DNA of 64,000 bases from assembly GCF_009914755.1 (NCBI RefSeq), contig NC_060930.1; one strand, written 5' to 3'. A program made the position numbers and the translations under genes. How positions within the stretch are numbered: the first letter of the stretch is position 1; each line of letters starts with the position of its first letter. Under the pieces are notes generated by a model, which worked only from the letters and a program-made list of their open reading frames with translations, was not told where the DNA came from and did no database searches. This stretch comes from the human T2T-CHM13v2.0 reference genome, Homo sapiens. Below are positions 1-12,375 of this stretch, one piece after another.

Positions 1-1319
1 ACAAGACTGACCAAACATCTGCTCTAATCTTGCAAAAAAAGAACTGAAGAAGCAGGAGAAATGGAGCACTACCACCTTTTGTGCGAAATGAAACTTGTGG
101 TTATTTGATGCTGCTGACAAAGGACATTATTACACTATTTGGAATTACAAATTAGGCTAGAGGTAGTGTTAGATATTAAGCAGGTTCTATTTCATGGTAA
201 TTAACAAGGATAGAAAACGACATGCTAAATCACATCAGAAATGTCTTTTGGCTGTTTTTCTTAGGTACGCCAGGAAGAACTTGAGTCACTTTTATTGCTT
301 TTCTTATTCCTGTGCTCCTGAAGGGAGAGGGGAACAGGCAGAAGAATATTAGTCAGCTGCAATTAATTACTCACTGAATTTTCTAAGCCATGATCATCTT
401 TCCTTTTGAGCTTTCATCTAAGTATCTTTAAGAACTTCTGAGTATTAATTATGACAACACTGTCTTGAAATAATTTTTGGCTTTGATTAAAAATTATGTG
501 TCCTACTTTTAGTTACTCTCTTCAGGTGTGGAGCCTAAGGAATCCCAGAAGGTTAGAGTTTGGAAAGATGTTGAAGTACATCCGGACCGATCCCCCTCAC
601 ATTTTACAGTTTTTGAGACTAGAGAGGTTAAGAGACTTGCCCGATTTCACCCAGCTAATCAAGAGACAGATTTAGCCTAGAATGAACCACATCCTGTTCT
701 CCAAGGCCTCATTTGAGCTTGTGCCAAAATAACATATTTCATAATAATCTTGTAACCACTCACCTCCTAAGTTACTTTAAAAAAGTAATTTATGGATAAC
801 TTCCTCAGACACAAGGCCAGCATGTAGGTGGAAATGCCTGCTGCCATTTAAAGATGATCTGAGGACTTACGTGAAACATATTTCCCTTCCTGAAATTTTC
901 AGTATTTGTGATATAGGCTAAAATTCGGGCAATCAAGATTAGGTTAATTATCTCTACATGGCAAGTTATTTTGGAGATGAATGAGATGAACTGTGTTCAA
1001 ATGCAAGAAAGCAGCCCCTAAACCTTAAAAAGTCCACTTTATCTAGCTAGTAACATTAAAACATTAAAACCTGGGTTCAAGCATTATGCCATCTGTGAGG
1101 GATAGCAAAAACAGGTGAAATAGCTTCTTTTCTTAATGTCACCTACAGTACCTAAGTTTCTCTAGGGCCACTGAGCGGTGTGGGAACGACATAAAAGAAT
1201 GATTGTGGGTGAGAAAGAAACAGGAAATCACTGAGGGGGTGCCTAAAGAATATTTCTTATTAATTCACAATATGGCAGAGGTCCAGCCTTCAAATGCAAT
1301 GCTTATCTCAAGGGAACAC

Positions 1320-1545
1320 CACACTGACATAGTTCAAAGTTGGGCCTTGAGAATCAGAACAGGCTCCTCCACTTGACACTCATGAGACCCTGGGCTTGTT
1401 ATTTCACCTCCTTAAGCCTCAGTTTTCTCATCCATAAAGTGGGATAACTGCCCCCCACCACAGAACTGTTGGGAGAATTAAATGAGATAATATATAAACA
1501 ATGGTGATGTTAGTCATCAGAAAGTAGTACTCAATAAATACACTC
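1320..1545. mobile_element. MIR (other copies at ~550-700, 3510-3750, 4330-4550, 39615-39860, 46420-46520)
   Basis: MIR core CCTCAGTTTTCTCATCCATAAAGTGGGATAA...GAGAATTAAATGAGATAAT. Confidence 0.8.
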
Positions 1546-1699
1546 AAACTTGCTTCAAGACAATTGGCCCATCTTTACTCCAAGTGGCTGTTAATGGTTT
1601 ATGTTGTTGTGAAGCACAGAGATACTCATGGAGCATCCTTTTCATGATGCTATTTTTCTTCTCCCCTAAAAAGCTGTTTTAAAATATATATATATTTTT

Positions 1700-1985
1700 G
1701 TATGTGTGTATATGAGAGACAGGGTCTCACTCTTTTGCCCAGGCTGGAGTACAATGCATGACCATGGCTCACTGCAGCCTTGACCTCCCTGGTCTCAAGC
1801 GATCCTCCCATCTCAGCCTCCTGAGTAGTTGGGACCACAAGTACATGCCATTTCTTGATTTTTTGTAAAGACAGGGTTCTCCCTATGTTGCCCAGGCTGG
1901 TCTTGAGCATCTGGGCTCAAGCAGTCCTCCTGCCTCAGCCTCAAAAAGTGCTGGGATTACGGGAGTGAGCCACTGCACCTGGCCT
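1700..1985 (-). mobile_element. AluJ-like
   Basis: GAGACAGGGTCTCACTCT...GAGCCACTGCACCTGGCC. Confidence 0.92.
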
Positions 1986-2795
1986 AAAATGAATTTTTTG
2001 TTTGAAGGAATGAGACTTCAACTAATCCTTCTGACCACCATTATTTTTTTTTTCTCTAGAGACATACAGAAAATGCGGTGAAATTGTATTGACCTGGGTC
2101 ATATTAGAGCATCTAATCTGAATACTTCATTCTTTGTCTCTACCTTGTATATCCTTCTTTTGTTTTCTACCTTTTGTTTGTTGCCTCTTACTCTGCCTCA
2201 CTTGGCTCTCTTCCTCAAAGGAGGCACAGGTGATAAAAAGTGAAAAAAGTTATGAATAATAGTTGAAAATACAAAAAAATTACATTAGAGCCCAAAGTCT
2301 GGGAGCTTCATGACCTAAAAAACAAAGACCTCTAGAGAATACATCTGTCTGCTTTTTGGTGATTTTTTTTGTGCATTGTATAATGTCACAAGCCTGCGTT
2401 TCTGAAAACAAATTTTAATCCAAAAAAAGCACAGAAATTCATTTTATAGAGCTCATAAAACTATCCCTTGACTCTATCATCTTTTTCAACTACTCAATTT
2501 ACTTTATTTTTGCTATGATTAGGGCCAGAGTCATTTAGTAGAAATGATGCCAGGAGGTCTGTTTGGTGAATGTTCTGCCAAACATAAAGAGTTGGCATTC
2601 TGCTCAGACTTTTCAAAGGAGGACTCCAAGTGGGAGATAAGGCAGAATTTTACACTGGAAAAATATAAGGTCAGGTATTCCTTACGTTAGGTATCAGTAG
2701 CCTAAAATCAATTATTCACTTCAGAAAATACATTCTATCACAAATTGAAATGAAGGTTACATGTATCCTACAAATGTCCCCATCTCTTTTGTTCT

Positions 2796-2814
2796 TGCGC
2801 GCCATCTAGTGTTA
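2796..2814 (-). promoter_or_regulatory. CTCF-like motif within a small CpG cluster
   Basis: GCGCCATCTAGTGT matches the reverse complement of the CTCF core; CpGs are retained over 2797-3015; AP-1 site TGACTCA at 3026-3032. Confidence 0.55.
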
Positions 2815-3790
2815 TTTAGGGGAATACTTAGCTACAATTCTCACGCCCAATCCGGGCTGGAAAGAAGGCCTTAGTCTGGAGAGCGATCAACTAGTCCAAT
2901 ACCCTGCCTTCGTTTTTCATTGAAAGCCGAGTCACTGCTTTCCAGAGGTGAAACAGATAATCACCGATCATTCTGAAATTAGATTTTATTCTGGGATACT
3001 GGGAACAGTCTCCGTTATACCCTGCTGACTCACTTTATTGCTCATAATCATCATTTACCAAGTGTTTCAGCAGCACAGAATTGAGATATACACAGTGCTC
3101 ATTAAAGAAAATTAAATATTACAGTGACTTCAAAATTAGACAAATAACTGATTTGGTACAAGGTATATACTTTATTCAGACTCAGAATGAGTTCGTTCAG
3201 ACTCAATAACACCTGCAATAATCACCTATAAAATGGGCATCATTGTATATATTACCACCAACATAATCTATCTTAGGGGGTTATTATGGGGGGGGGGGAA
3301 GAATTTTCAAAGTCCCTAGTAGAGTTTATGATCCACAGAAGCAATTAATGACAGCCATTTTTAATACTGAACAAGTATTCCTATAAAATGGAGTTCTCAG
3401 AAGCCAACACTCCATTGGATCAGCACCCACCAGGATAAATCAGATATGGTCTTGTGCAATTACTAGAGTATTCTTTCTTCCAACAGTTCTTCCCCCATGA
3501 TGTATGCAGTACAGTGGAATGGGTGACCGCAGTGGCTCTAGTGCTCACAGGTAGAGCTATATAGACCCCAGCTCCTCCACTTACCAGCCAAGTGACCTTA
3601 GACTTTCCACTTGACTTCTCTTCAGTGTAGTTTCAGTTTCTGTCAAATAGGGATAGTGATAATACCTATGTCACTGATTTTTGCGAGGATTAATGTGTTG
3701 CTGTGTGTACCTGGCACCTAGCAAGTGCTATATGATTAAGTTGTCGTTTAAGTATTAGCTGGAATTTAAAGCAAATAAAAGCTGTTTACA

Positions 3791-4124
3791 GGCTGGGTGT
3801 GGTAGCTCATGTCTACAATCCCAGCACTTTGGGAGGCAGAGGCAGGAGGCACTTGAGGCACTTGAGGCCAGGAGTTCAAGACCAGCCTGGGCAACATAGG
3901 GAGACCTCGTCTTTCCAAAAAAAATGCAAAAAAAAAACAACAACAAAAAAAAAGGAAAACGTAGCCTGTAGCACCAGCTACTGGAGGGACTGAGGGGGCT
4001 GAGGCAGGAGGATTGTTTGAGTGAGCCCAGGAGTTTGAGTTTATAGTCAGCTATGATCAGCCATTGCACTCTATCCTGGGCACCAGAGCAAGACCCTGTC
4101 TCTCTGAAAAAAAAAGAAAGAAAA
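3791..4124 (+). mobile_element. AluJ-like
   Basis: Dimeric Alu with A-tail; 9-bp internal duplication GAGGCACTT. Confidence 0.92.
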
Positions 4125-4802
4125 CATTATTTGGTACAAGTACTAATAACACTGTTGTAAAGGTAAGTGATATTTAACAAAACCTAAATTTTCGAGAAAA
4201 AGGCTGCTACAATACATAGGTTGGTGTTTCTAATATACATTGTTAAAAATGTCACCTTGAAAGATCTTTTAAATAGAAGTATTTTTATTTTAAACAATAC
4301 TAATTTTATCTGATTTCTTCTTCTCTGCCCCCCTACTGTGCTACATGCTTGTGGTTATTATGTAACTTAATTCCTATGACCACACTCTGAGGGAGGAGAG
4401 CCTGACCATTTTCCAGACTGTACAGATGAGGAACTGAAGCCTTAGAGAAATTAAGGAACTTACTCAAGTTCAGAACTGGTACATATAGGTGAAAAACACA
4501 AACAGGCTCCAAATCCAGGAATGTTTATAACTGCTATGTTAAATGCCCTCTCCACTTATAAATGGTTGACGCGATGTCCTGTAAATGCTTAAACATAAGA
4601 TAATCCCTAGCTCCTATAGCAAATACCTTAACTTCTCTAAGCCTCCATTTTCCTTAGATGTAAAAGGAGATTCAGTGGATCAGATGGTCCAAGATGCTGA
4701 AAACTCTAGAATTTAAAGCAAATATTTTTACTTCATAAGTCTGATTGGTAAATCTAGGAATTTACTTATTTAGAATTTAAAAATAAGTCTATTGTCTTAA
4801 TT

Positions 4803-5155
4803 TGTCTTAATTCATTTGGGCTGCCATAAAAATATATCATGAGTTAAATGGCTTATAAAAAGAAATTTCTCACAGTTCTGGAGGCTGGAAAGTCCATGAT
4901 CAAGGCAGATTCGGTGTCTGGTGAGGGCCCACTTTCTGGATCATAGATGGTACCCTCTTACTTTATATTCACATGATAGAAGGACTAGCTAGCTCTCTGG
5001 AGTCTCTTTTATAAGGGCATGAATCCCAATAATGAGGGCTCTGCCCTTGTGACCTAATCACTTCCCAAAGATATCACCTCCTAATACCATCTCCTTGGGG
5101 GTTAGGATTTCAACATAGGAATTTTTGGGGGGATGCAAATATTCAGACCATAACA
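4803..5155 (-). mobile_element. MLT1A/MLT1A0 LTR
   Basis: TCTCACAGTTCTGGAGGCTGG, GACCTAATCAC and terminal CAGACCATAACA are typical of MLT1A. Confidence 0.85.
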
Positions 5156-5959
5156 GGATTGTTCTACTGGATTCTCTAATTCATATTCTAACAATTATAA
5201 ATCACCTATATCAGTATGAGAAATTGTTAGATTTGGTATTATCTAATTCAAAATTTGAAAAGTATAAGGATATTTATCCTTATGTAAATAACATCACAGT
5301 ATCACAATATGCAATTCATTACATTTGTATTTAAACACACAAAAATCAGACAACTTGCTGGTTAATTTTCTCTTACTTTGTTAATTTTCTCTTATTCTGT
5401 AATATTTAAACATTTTATATTAAAAATACTATCACTTTAATTACTTATTAGCCAGTCTCAATTTATTTTAGTAAGTGTAAAAAAAAGGGGAAATGTACCA
5501 CAAGTCAACCTAGGTATTAGCAACACTAAACATCGTTGGCATTTTGTTTTTATTTTCTTCAAGTCAACCAAACACGTATAACAAATAGGAAGATAGTAAT
5601 ATTGGCACAATCTTACATTCTTTAGCATTCAATTAACACATATGCAACAGTTGGAAGGGATTACTTGCTATTATGGTACTGACATAATAGACAGCACTGA
5701 ATTCAGTCTTGGGCCCCATAAATTATCCTATACAGCCAAGCCTGCAATGGTCTGGCCAAGAATGTGAATTTGGTAGTGGCTGCCAAGATATGGGAACTGA
5801 GCTCTTAACAAATGAGCACATTAGGGTAGTAGTGACACTTAATGTAGAAGGAAGATATCCCCACATTTCTGGCCATTCATTGTAAGGTTCATAATCTTTC
5901 ACATACACTACTTGCATTCTCTTCATAGGACTCAGAACTCTGACATATTTATTTATTCC

Positions 5960-6690
5960 CTAATTTTTAGTTTATAAATAATAATTGTGTATATCCATTG
6001 TACACAATAGATATATATGTGGAATACATGTGGAATAGCTGAATTAATATATACATTATCGCACATATTTTTGTGGTGAGAACACTGAAAATCTACTCCT
6101 AGCAATTTTCAGTAACTCAATACATTGTTATTAACTATAGTCACCAAGTTGTACAATAGATCTCTTCAACTTATTCTTCTTATCTAACTGAAATGTTGTG
6201 TCCTTTGAGCAATACCTACCTCCCCAATCCTGCCCACCAACTCCTAGGCCCTTGGTAACTACCATTCTACCCTCTACTTATGAATCTGAGTTTTTTTAGA
6301 TTCTTCATTGAAGTGACATCATGTAGTATTTGTCTTTCTGTGCCTGGATTATTTCATGTAACATAATGTCCTCTGGGTTCATCCATGTTGTCCCAAATGA
6401 CAGGATTTCTTCTGCTTTAAGGCTCAACAGTATTCCACTGGGTATATACACACCATATTTTCTTTATCCATTTATCCATTGGGAGACACTAAGGTTGATT
6501 CTATTTGTTGGCTATTGTGAATAATGCTGCAATAAACATGGGAATAGAGATATCTTTTTGACATACTGATTTTATTTCCTTTGAATATATCCCTGGTGGT
6601 AGGATTGCTGGATAACATAGCTCCATTTTTAATTTTTAAAACAGAATCTCCAAACTGTTTTTCATAATGACTGTACTAATTTACATGACA
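5960..6690 (-). mobile_element. L1MA 3' fragment
   Basis: GTGGTGAGAACACTGAAAATCTACTC...TTAACTATAGTCACC, L1MA 3'UTR signature. Confidence 0.85.
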
Positions 6691-7598
6691 ACCATGATGT
6701 GTTTATTAATCATCTATCAAAATTCAGGTTCCATAACAGGAGGAATTAACCTGTCTTAACCTGTATACCTAGCATATGACCTAGTAAATAACCTGCATAC
6801 CTAGTGTCTAGAAGAATAGTACCTAACACATTAGAGTTGTGCAGGATGTATTTACTGAGTAATGAATGAGATCGTGCAAGTGGTTAAAAATAAATTACTT
6901 TCTCTGTCTGGATAAATTTTATTGCTAACACCTTGTTCATAGTTATTGTCCTTTCTACCTCTCCACCACTAAGATGAATCTCCTCCTACCTCCATTTACA
7001 AGTGTATCTTGATCTGAAACCTCTTCTAGACAATGACGGACAATGATTGTTTGGTATCCAGCAACCTAACCTGCTCCTGAGCTTGGCGGATGTTTGCCCT
7101 CATGCACACACTCTTCCTTCTGCGCAAAAGGCATTTCAGGGTGATTCTACCTCTCCTTCTGAAATTTCCTGTCTTCTCATAGAGCAGATGCTCTCATTTG
7201 GCAACATGAACTGTGCACATCTCCATCATGCTTAGAGTTACAAGTTTCCTTATGGATTGAGAGACTTGTGTCTCATAAGCATCTTTACCTCTCATTAGGA
7301 GATACATACAATGTGCACCATGACAGGTGTCAGATGTCCTCCTACCCTGAATCTTTGCTTTCTGAATGAAAACCTGGGTGTCATTCGGTACTGTGAGATG
7401 GACAAGCCCACATCCACAACTTGCTTCAGATGTCACCCTCACCACACCCCTCCAGCCCCTGCACAAACCTATAGTAGGTCTGGCAAGGCCCACATCTAAA
7501 CTGCACATGAAGGTACCAGGCTTACCATCAGGCTTTTCTACAACGCCTCTGTTTCCCTCCATTTGGAGGTAGATCCCATTGTGCTAAATCTGTGAGGA

Positions 7599-7616
7599 GG
7601 GCACCAGATGGCAACA
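7599..7616 (+). promoter_or_regulatory. CTCF-like motif
   Basis: GGGCACCAGATGGCAAC resembles the CTCF core CCACCAGATGGCAGC. Confidence 0.35.
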
Positions 7617-8311
7617 AGCTGACACTTTATGCTGTAGCATAGTTCCTAAGACCAACCTTGACCTCATACTTTGGGAGTTTGTGAGCACAAGGTACACAAA
7701 GTATCATATCCCTTTGATGGGGAATGAGCCATTAGACAAATGGTAGCCCTGTTGCTATCATACTGGATCACCCTAGACTTGGATTATCATACTTCTTAGC
7801 CTGGCTATCCCCCCACCGTATCCTAAATTTCGCTTGAGATCATTTGAAATAGGCCTTTTTCTTGACAACTTTGACAAATCCCACCTTACCCCAAAGAAAT
7901 CTATATCTAGGCACAGACCAGCGGGCCTTGTAGAGCTCTATGGGAAAAGACTGTCATTCAGGCACAGGCTCAGTAGTACCTAAGGTGCCTTTAAAATACA
8001 GATTCCTGAGCTCCAGTCTCAAGAAATTTTGATTCAGGAAGATTCAGGTGAGGCCTGAGAATCTATATTCTTCAAAAGTTCATTTACTACTGGCACTTCC
8101 ACCCAACCATCACTCAACTCTCCACCTCATTATGTCTGAAGTATATTCATGTTAGGAGCTCATTGACCTAAACTGCACACCTATGAGCAATGCAGAAAGC
8201 TTCATCTTGTTCTCAGAATAAGGAAGGACCCATTCATTCATTCATTCATTTGTGCATTAGACATGCTAAAAATCTATAGCGAAATCAATAATAAAATACA
8301 GTTCCTTTGGG

Positions 8312-8790
<479 letters not shown>

Positions 8791-9950
8791 GCAAAGCATG
8801 TTCATTTTGAGAATCCACTTATCTAAACTACATTCCTAGGAGCAATAGAAAAGACAAGAAGTCCTTCATTTTGCTCTCAGAACAAGGAGATCTCTTAGAA
8901 CTATGTCCATAATGCTGGCCCAGCCTGTGTAGGAAGAAGGAATCTAGAACATTCCCACCTGAGAAATGAAATTCCACTAGCAGGCAAAAAGTGATGAGCC
9001 AATAAAAAAAAAAATTAATGATCATTAAGAAACAGTCTCCATCTCAATCAATTCTCCTAGTTGAACTAGAGTTTGTACTTCTAATGAGTATGCTTAAAAT
9101 AACAACAACAGAATAATAAATTAGCATTCTCCATTACTTTGCGGTTTTCCCAGGTACAATAGCTTTCTAGAAGCTATAACAATAAATCCTTAGAAATAAA
9201 ATTCCCTCTTTTTTGAGCTGACCAGGGGATATGCAGGTGATATCCATGAAAAGGAAAGAACAACAGGTCTTCATTTCTACTTAACTCACAATAGCTTCTA
9301 ATATCCTTTCTAATCTTAATAATACGCAAAAGAAGTATGAAAAATTTCACTGAAGACAGCCAGGTTGAAACTCGAATTAATCCAAAGACACTTAATAAAT
9401 GAGCTCTTTCATACTACAGAACATTATTCTTGTTAAGCCATTTGTCAAATTCATATGCCAACATTTCACATTAGTAATCATCGTGATTCTATAATACAGA
9501 ATTATGTAGTTTAAGAAGTTGATGGCTATTTTGTTGTATGGATTTGGGGATCTATAAACCCAAGTCTTGGTATTTATTCCTATCCTTTTAAGATTAAAGA
9601 ATTAAAAAAAATAAAGGATGCATGCCAAAAGCGTGACAGAAATGCTTGCTCTTCATAAACACAGTGCTTAACAGTTTTTTGTATGGATCATGATTGCTGA
9701 GGTTATTATATTAGCTGCCAAAGTGCCAAAGGCTTGGTTCTTCTACATTTACTGTTTCATTGTTGTTTTGCCTTATTTGTATTCAGACATAATACTTGGC
9801 TTCAGAACATTATAAATAGCAATCAACAAAATTAAAATGAGCACAGCCAGCATACAGTATGTTGAAACTGTGGTAGAGGGGAAACAAGTTCTCTAAACAA
9901 AAGCACACACAGAGTAATAAGGGCTTTATAATGTTTAAAAGGTACCTTAC

Positions 9951-10110
9951 CCAGATATTAAGGGATGTTTTCTCCTTGCACACAGAATAGGAAGAGCCAG
10001 GAAAGATAACCTCCCTAGCGCCGCAGCCATTTCTAGACGGCACTTGTACATTTAAGTTTCTTGCTCTGACACCATGTAAGAGTAGCAAAATGTGAGGCCT
10101 TCACATGTGA
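9951..10110 (-). other. Candidate alternative first exon or intronic regulatory element
   Basis: Donor TGG|GTAAGG at 9951/9950; ATG at 10030 in strong Kozak context (GAAATGG) with an open frame to the donor; small CpG cluster; palindromic TCACATGTGA at 10101-10110. Confidence 0.3.
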
Positions 10111-10479
10111 CTGTGCGGTCAAAAGAAAATCTCACTGACTTTCAAGGAAAAGTAGAAAAGGGAAGTATCAGGTATAGAATCACAATTTTACACACTGAAA
10201 ACAAATTTACAAACGAATGCAGTACTTGTCAAATTTAATAAAGAAAAATAATTTTGCTGAATTGAACACTATACTTTTTGGACTATATACTTTTATTGCA
10301 GTCCACTGACAAATGTAATATCCATTCGATAACAAAATTCCAGTTTATAGATTTTCTGAATACTGATAATATAACAAAACCTGTGTCGAGTTGTTGTTTC
10401 GAACTTATCAAAACATCTCATACATACCTTAACCAGCAAAGCCTATATGATAGTTCTATAAACCATGACAGGGAAGTAT

Positions 10480-10800
10480 CTTCAGAATCATTCTTTTAAA
10501 AATACATTCAAGTCCTGGGACTTCCAAAGTGGTGAGCCTGGGGTAAGGGCCAAGCATGGTCTTAAAATAATTTTAAAACTCTCTGGGTGATTCTGAAACA
10601 CAGCTAAGGCTCAGAACACTGTTGCAGACAAATGGTTCTCAAAGTGTGGTCCCTAGACCAGACACGTCTGGGAACATGTTCCAAATGCAACTTTTGCAGC
10701 TCTTCCCACACATACTAAATTAGAAACTCACTGTGGAGAAGGAGGAGTTTAACAAGCCCTCCATGGAATTCTGATTCAACTTTGAGAATCGCTGTTTAGA
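10480..10800. mobile_element. Two adjacent MER5-family fragments
   Basis: GGTTCTCAAAGTGTGGTCC...TTTAACAAGCCCTCC...TTTGAGAATCGCTG. Confidence 0.7.
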
Positions 10801-11017
10801 GATGAGTTAGGTCAAAATCATCTGTCTTATAATTACTAAAACAAAGCTACCAGAACTTCAGATTTTCTTAGATAGTTTCTATATTCATCATACAAATCAA
10901 AATCAATCTTAGACATTTACTACTCCATATAAGGGCCTAACAGCTGCTACTTTGGAAATGTTTCTACAGGCAATCACTTTTAGGATCTTAGCCTCCAGCT
11001 CTTTCTCGGGGTTAGAG

Positions 11018-11218
11018 CAGAGGTCAGCAAACTTTTTCTGTTAGGGTTAGATAGAAAATGTCTTCAGCTTTGCAGACCACACGGTCTCTGCCACAAACAA
11101 GTGTCATATACAATACATATGTGAATGGGTGTGGCTATGTTCCAATAAAACTTTATTTACAAAAGCAGGTGTCCGGCCAGATTTGGCCCAAGGGCTGTAG
11201 TTCTTAGAAACTCCTGGA
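11018..11218 (+). mobile_element. MER58A-like hAT MITE
   Basis: CAGAGGTCAGCAAACTTTTTCTGT...GTTCCAATAAAACTTTATTTACAAAAGCAGG. Confidence 0.8.
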
Positions 11219-11994
11219 TTTAAGAAATGATGATAGACTCATCGGGAATGCAAAACAAAACACAACATACCACTCCTCACCCATGAAGGCACACTCTTCT
11301 ATGAGCACAAAACTTATCCAATCTGGAAGGACAGACTTCCTTCCAGATGAAGGACAGACTAAGGGAAAGGAGAGAAGGAGAAAGTGGTTCATTTACTCAC
11401 TTATCCACATGGTGAACATTAAGTGCACACTAATGTTTGGAACCAAACACCAAAGCCCTACCCTCACAGACCCAAGTTTAATGGAAGAAAAATATAGATT
11501 GGAGATGAATAAAAAAAAACAATGCTTTAATATTGATCAAATTGTTCTGAGAGTGTAGGGTTGATTGACAAGATCTGAAGTAGCCATGAAACAGGTCACA
11601 TTAGGCCTGGATCTTCAGGAATGAAGAGGATGATGCCTCTTGGAAAAAAGGGAGAAAAGTATTCCATGGGGAGACACCAAGTGCAGAGGCACAAAGCTCA
11701 GGATTAATACATTCAAGGAACAAAGAGAAGATCAACATAGCTGGACTACAGGTGACAATGGTGAGAGAGGGGAGTCATAGGCAAATTGGAAAATAGGGAA
11801 ATTGGAACATAGGCAAATCGGGATGTACCTTGTCTAAGAAGTCTGAAGTTTATGTGGATATGCAGTATTGTAAAAGCTGGAGACTGTCATAATCAAAACC
11901 TGTAGGAAAAAACACCCAATAGATCATTCTGGCTGTAGCATAAAGGACCAGATAGAGCACTGTAACTTCCTACAATATTAATTGACCAAATATA

Positions 11995-12375
11995 GGTCAA
12001 CCTAAATAACAGAGAGAGGCTCTCTAAAAAAAGAAAGATATTTTAGAATGGAGCATTGCAACAGGAATACACTGCCATGGTAAACCATGTTTATATTCAG
12101 GGAGGTAAAGAAAGACAAAGTTTTAAAAGAAAGAATGAGGATTACATAATTGCTTTGACATAATTATCCTTGGCTACAAAGATCAATAACAAGGGTGATG
12201 CCAGTCTAAGTTTGAACTGGCAGTTGCTGGGCAGATGTCCTTGCAGAGGTATTTTTTGTAGAAGGTTTTAATGGCCTTTGTGCAAACTTGTGATTTCTTT
12301 GGTCTTTTGTAACTTTTTTTTTTAAATCAGGCATACAAGCATGAGAACCTTCCCTTCACAGCCTTCTGCAATGCT
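11995..12375 (-). mobile_element. MER31-like ERV1 LTR fragment within L2-derived DNA
   Basis: GTCAACCTAAATAACAGAGAGAGGCTCTCTAAAA and GGCAGTTGCTGGGCAGATGTCCTTGCAG. Confidence 0.65.
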
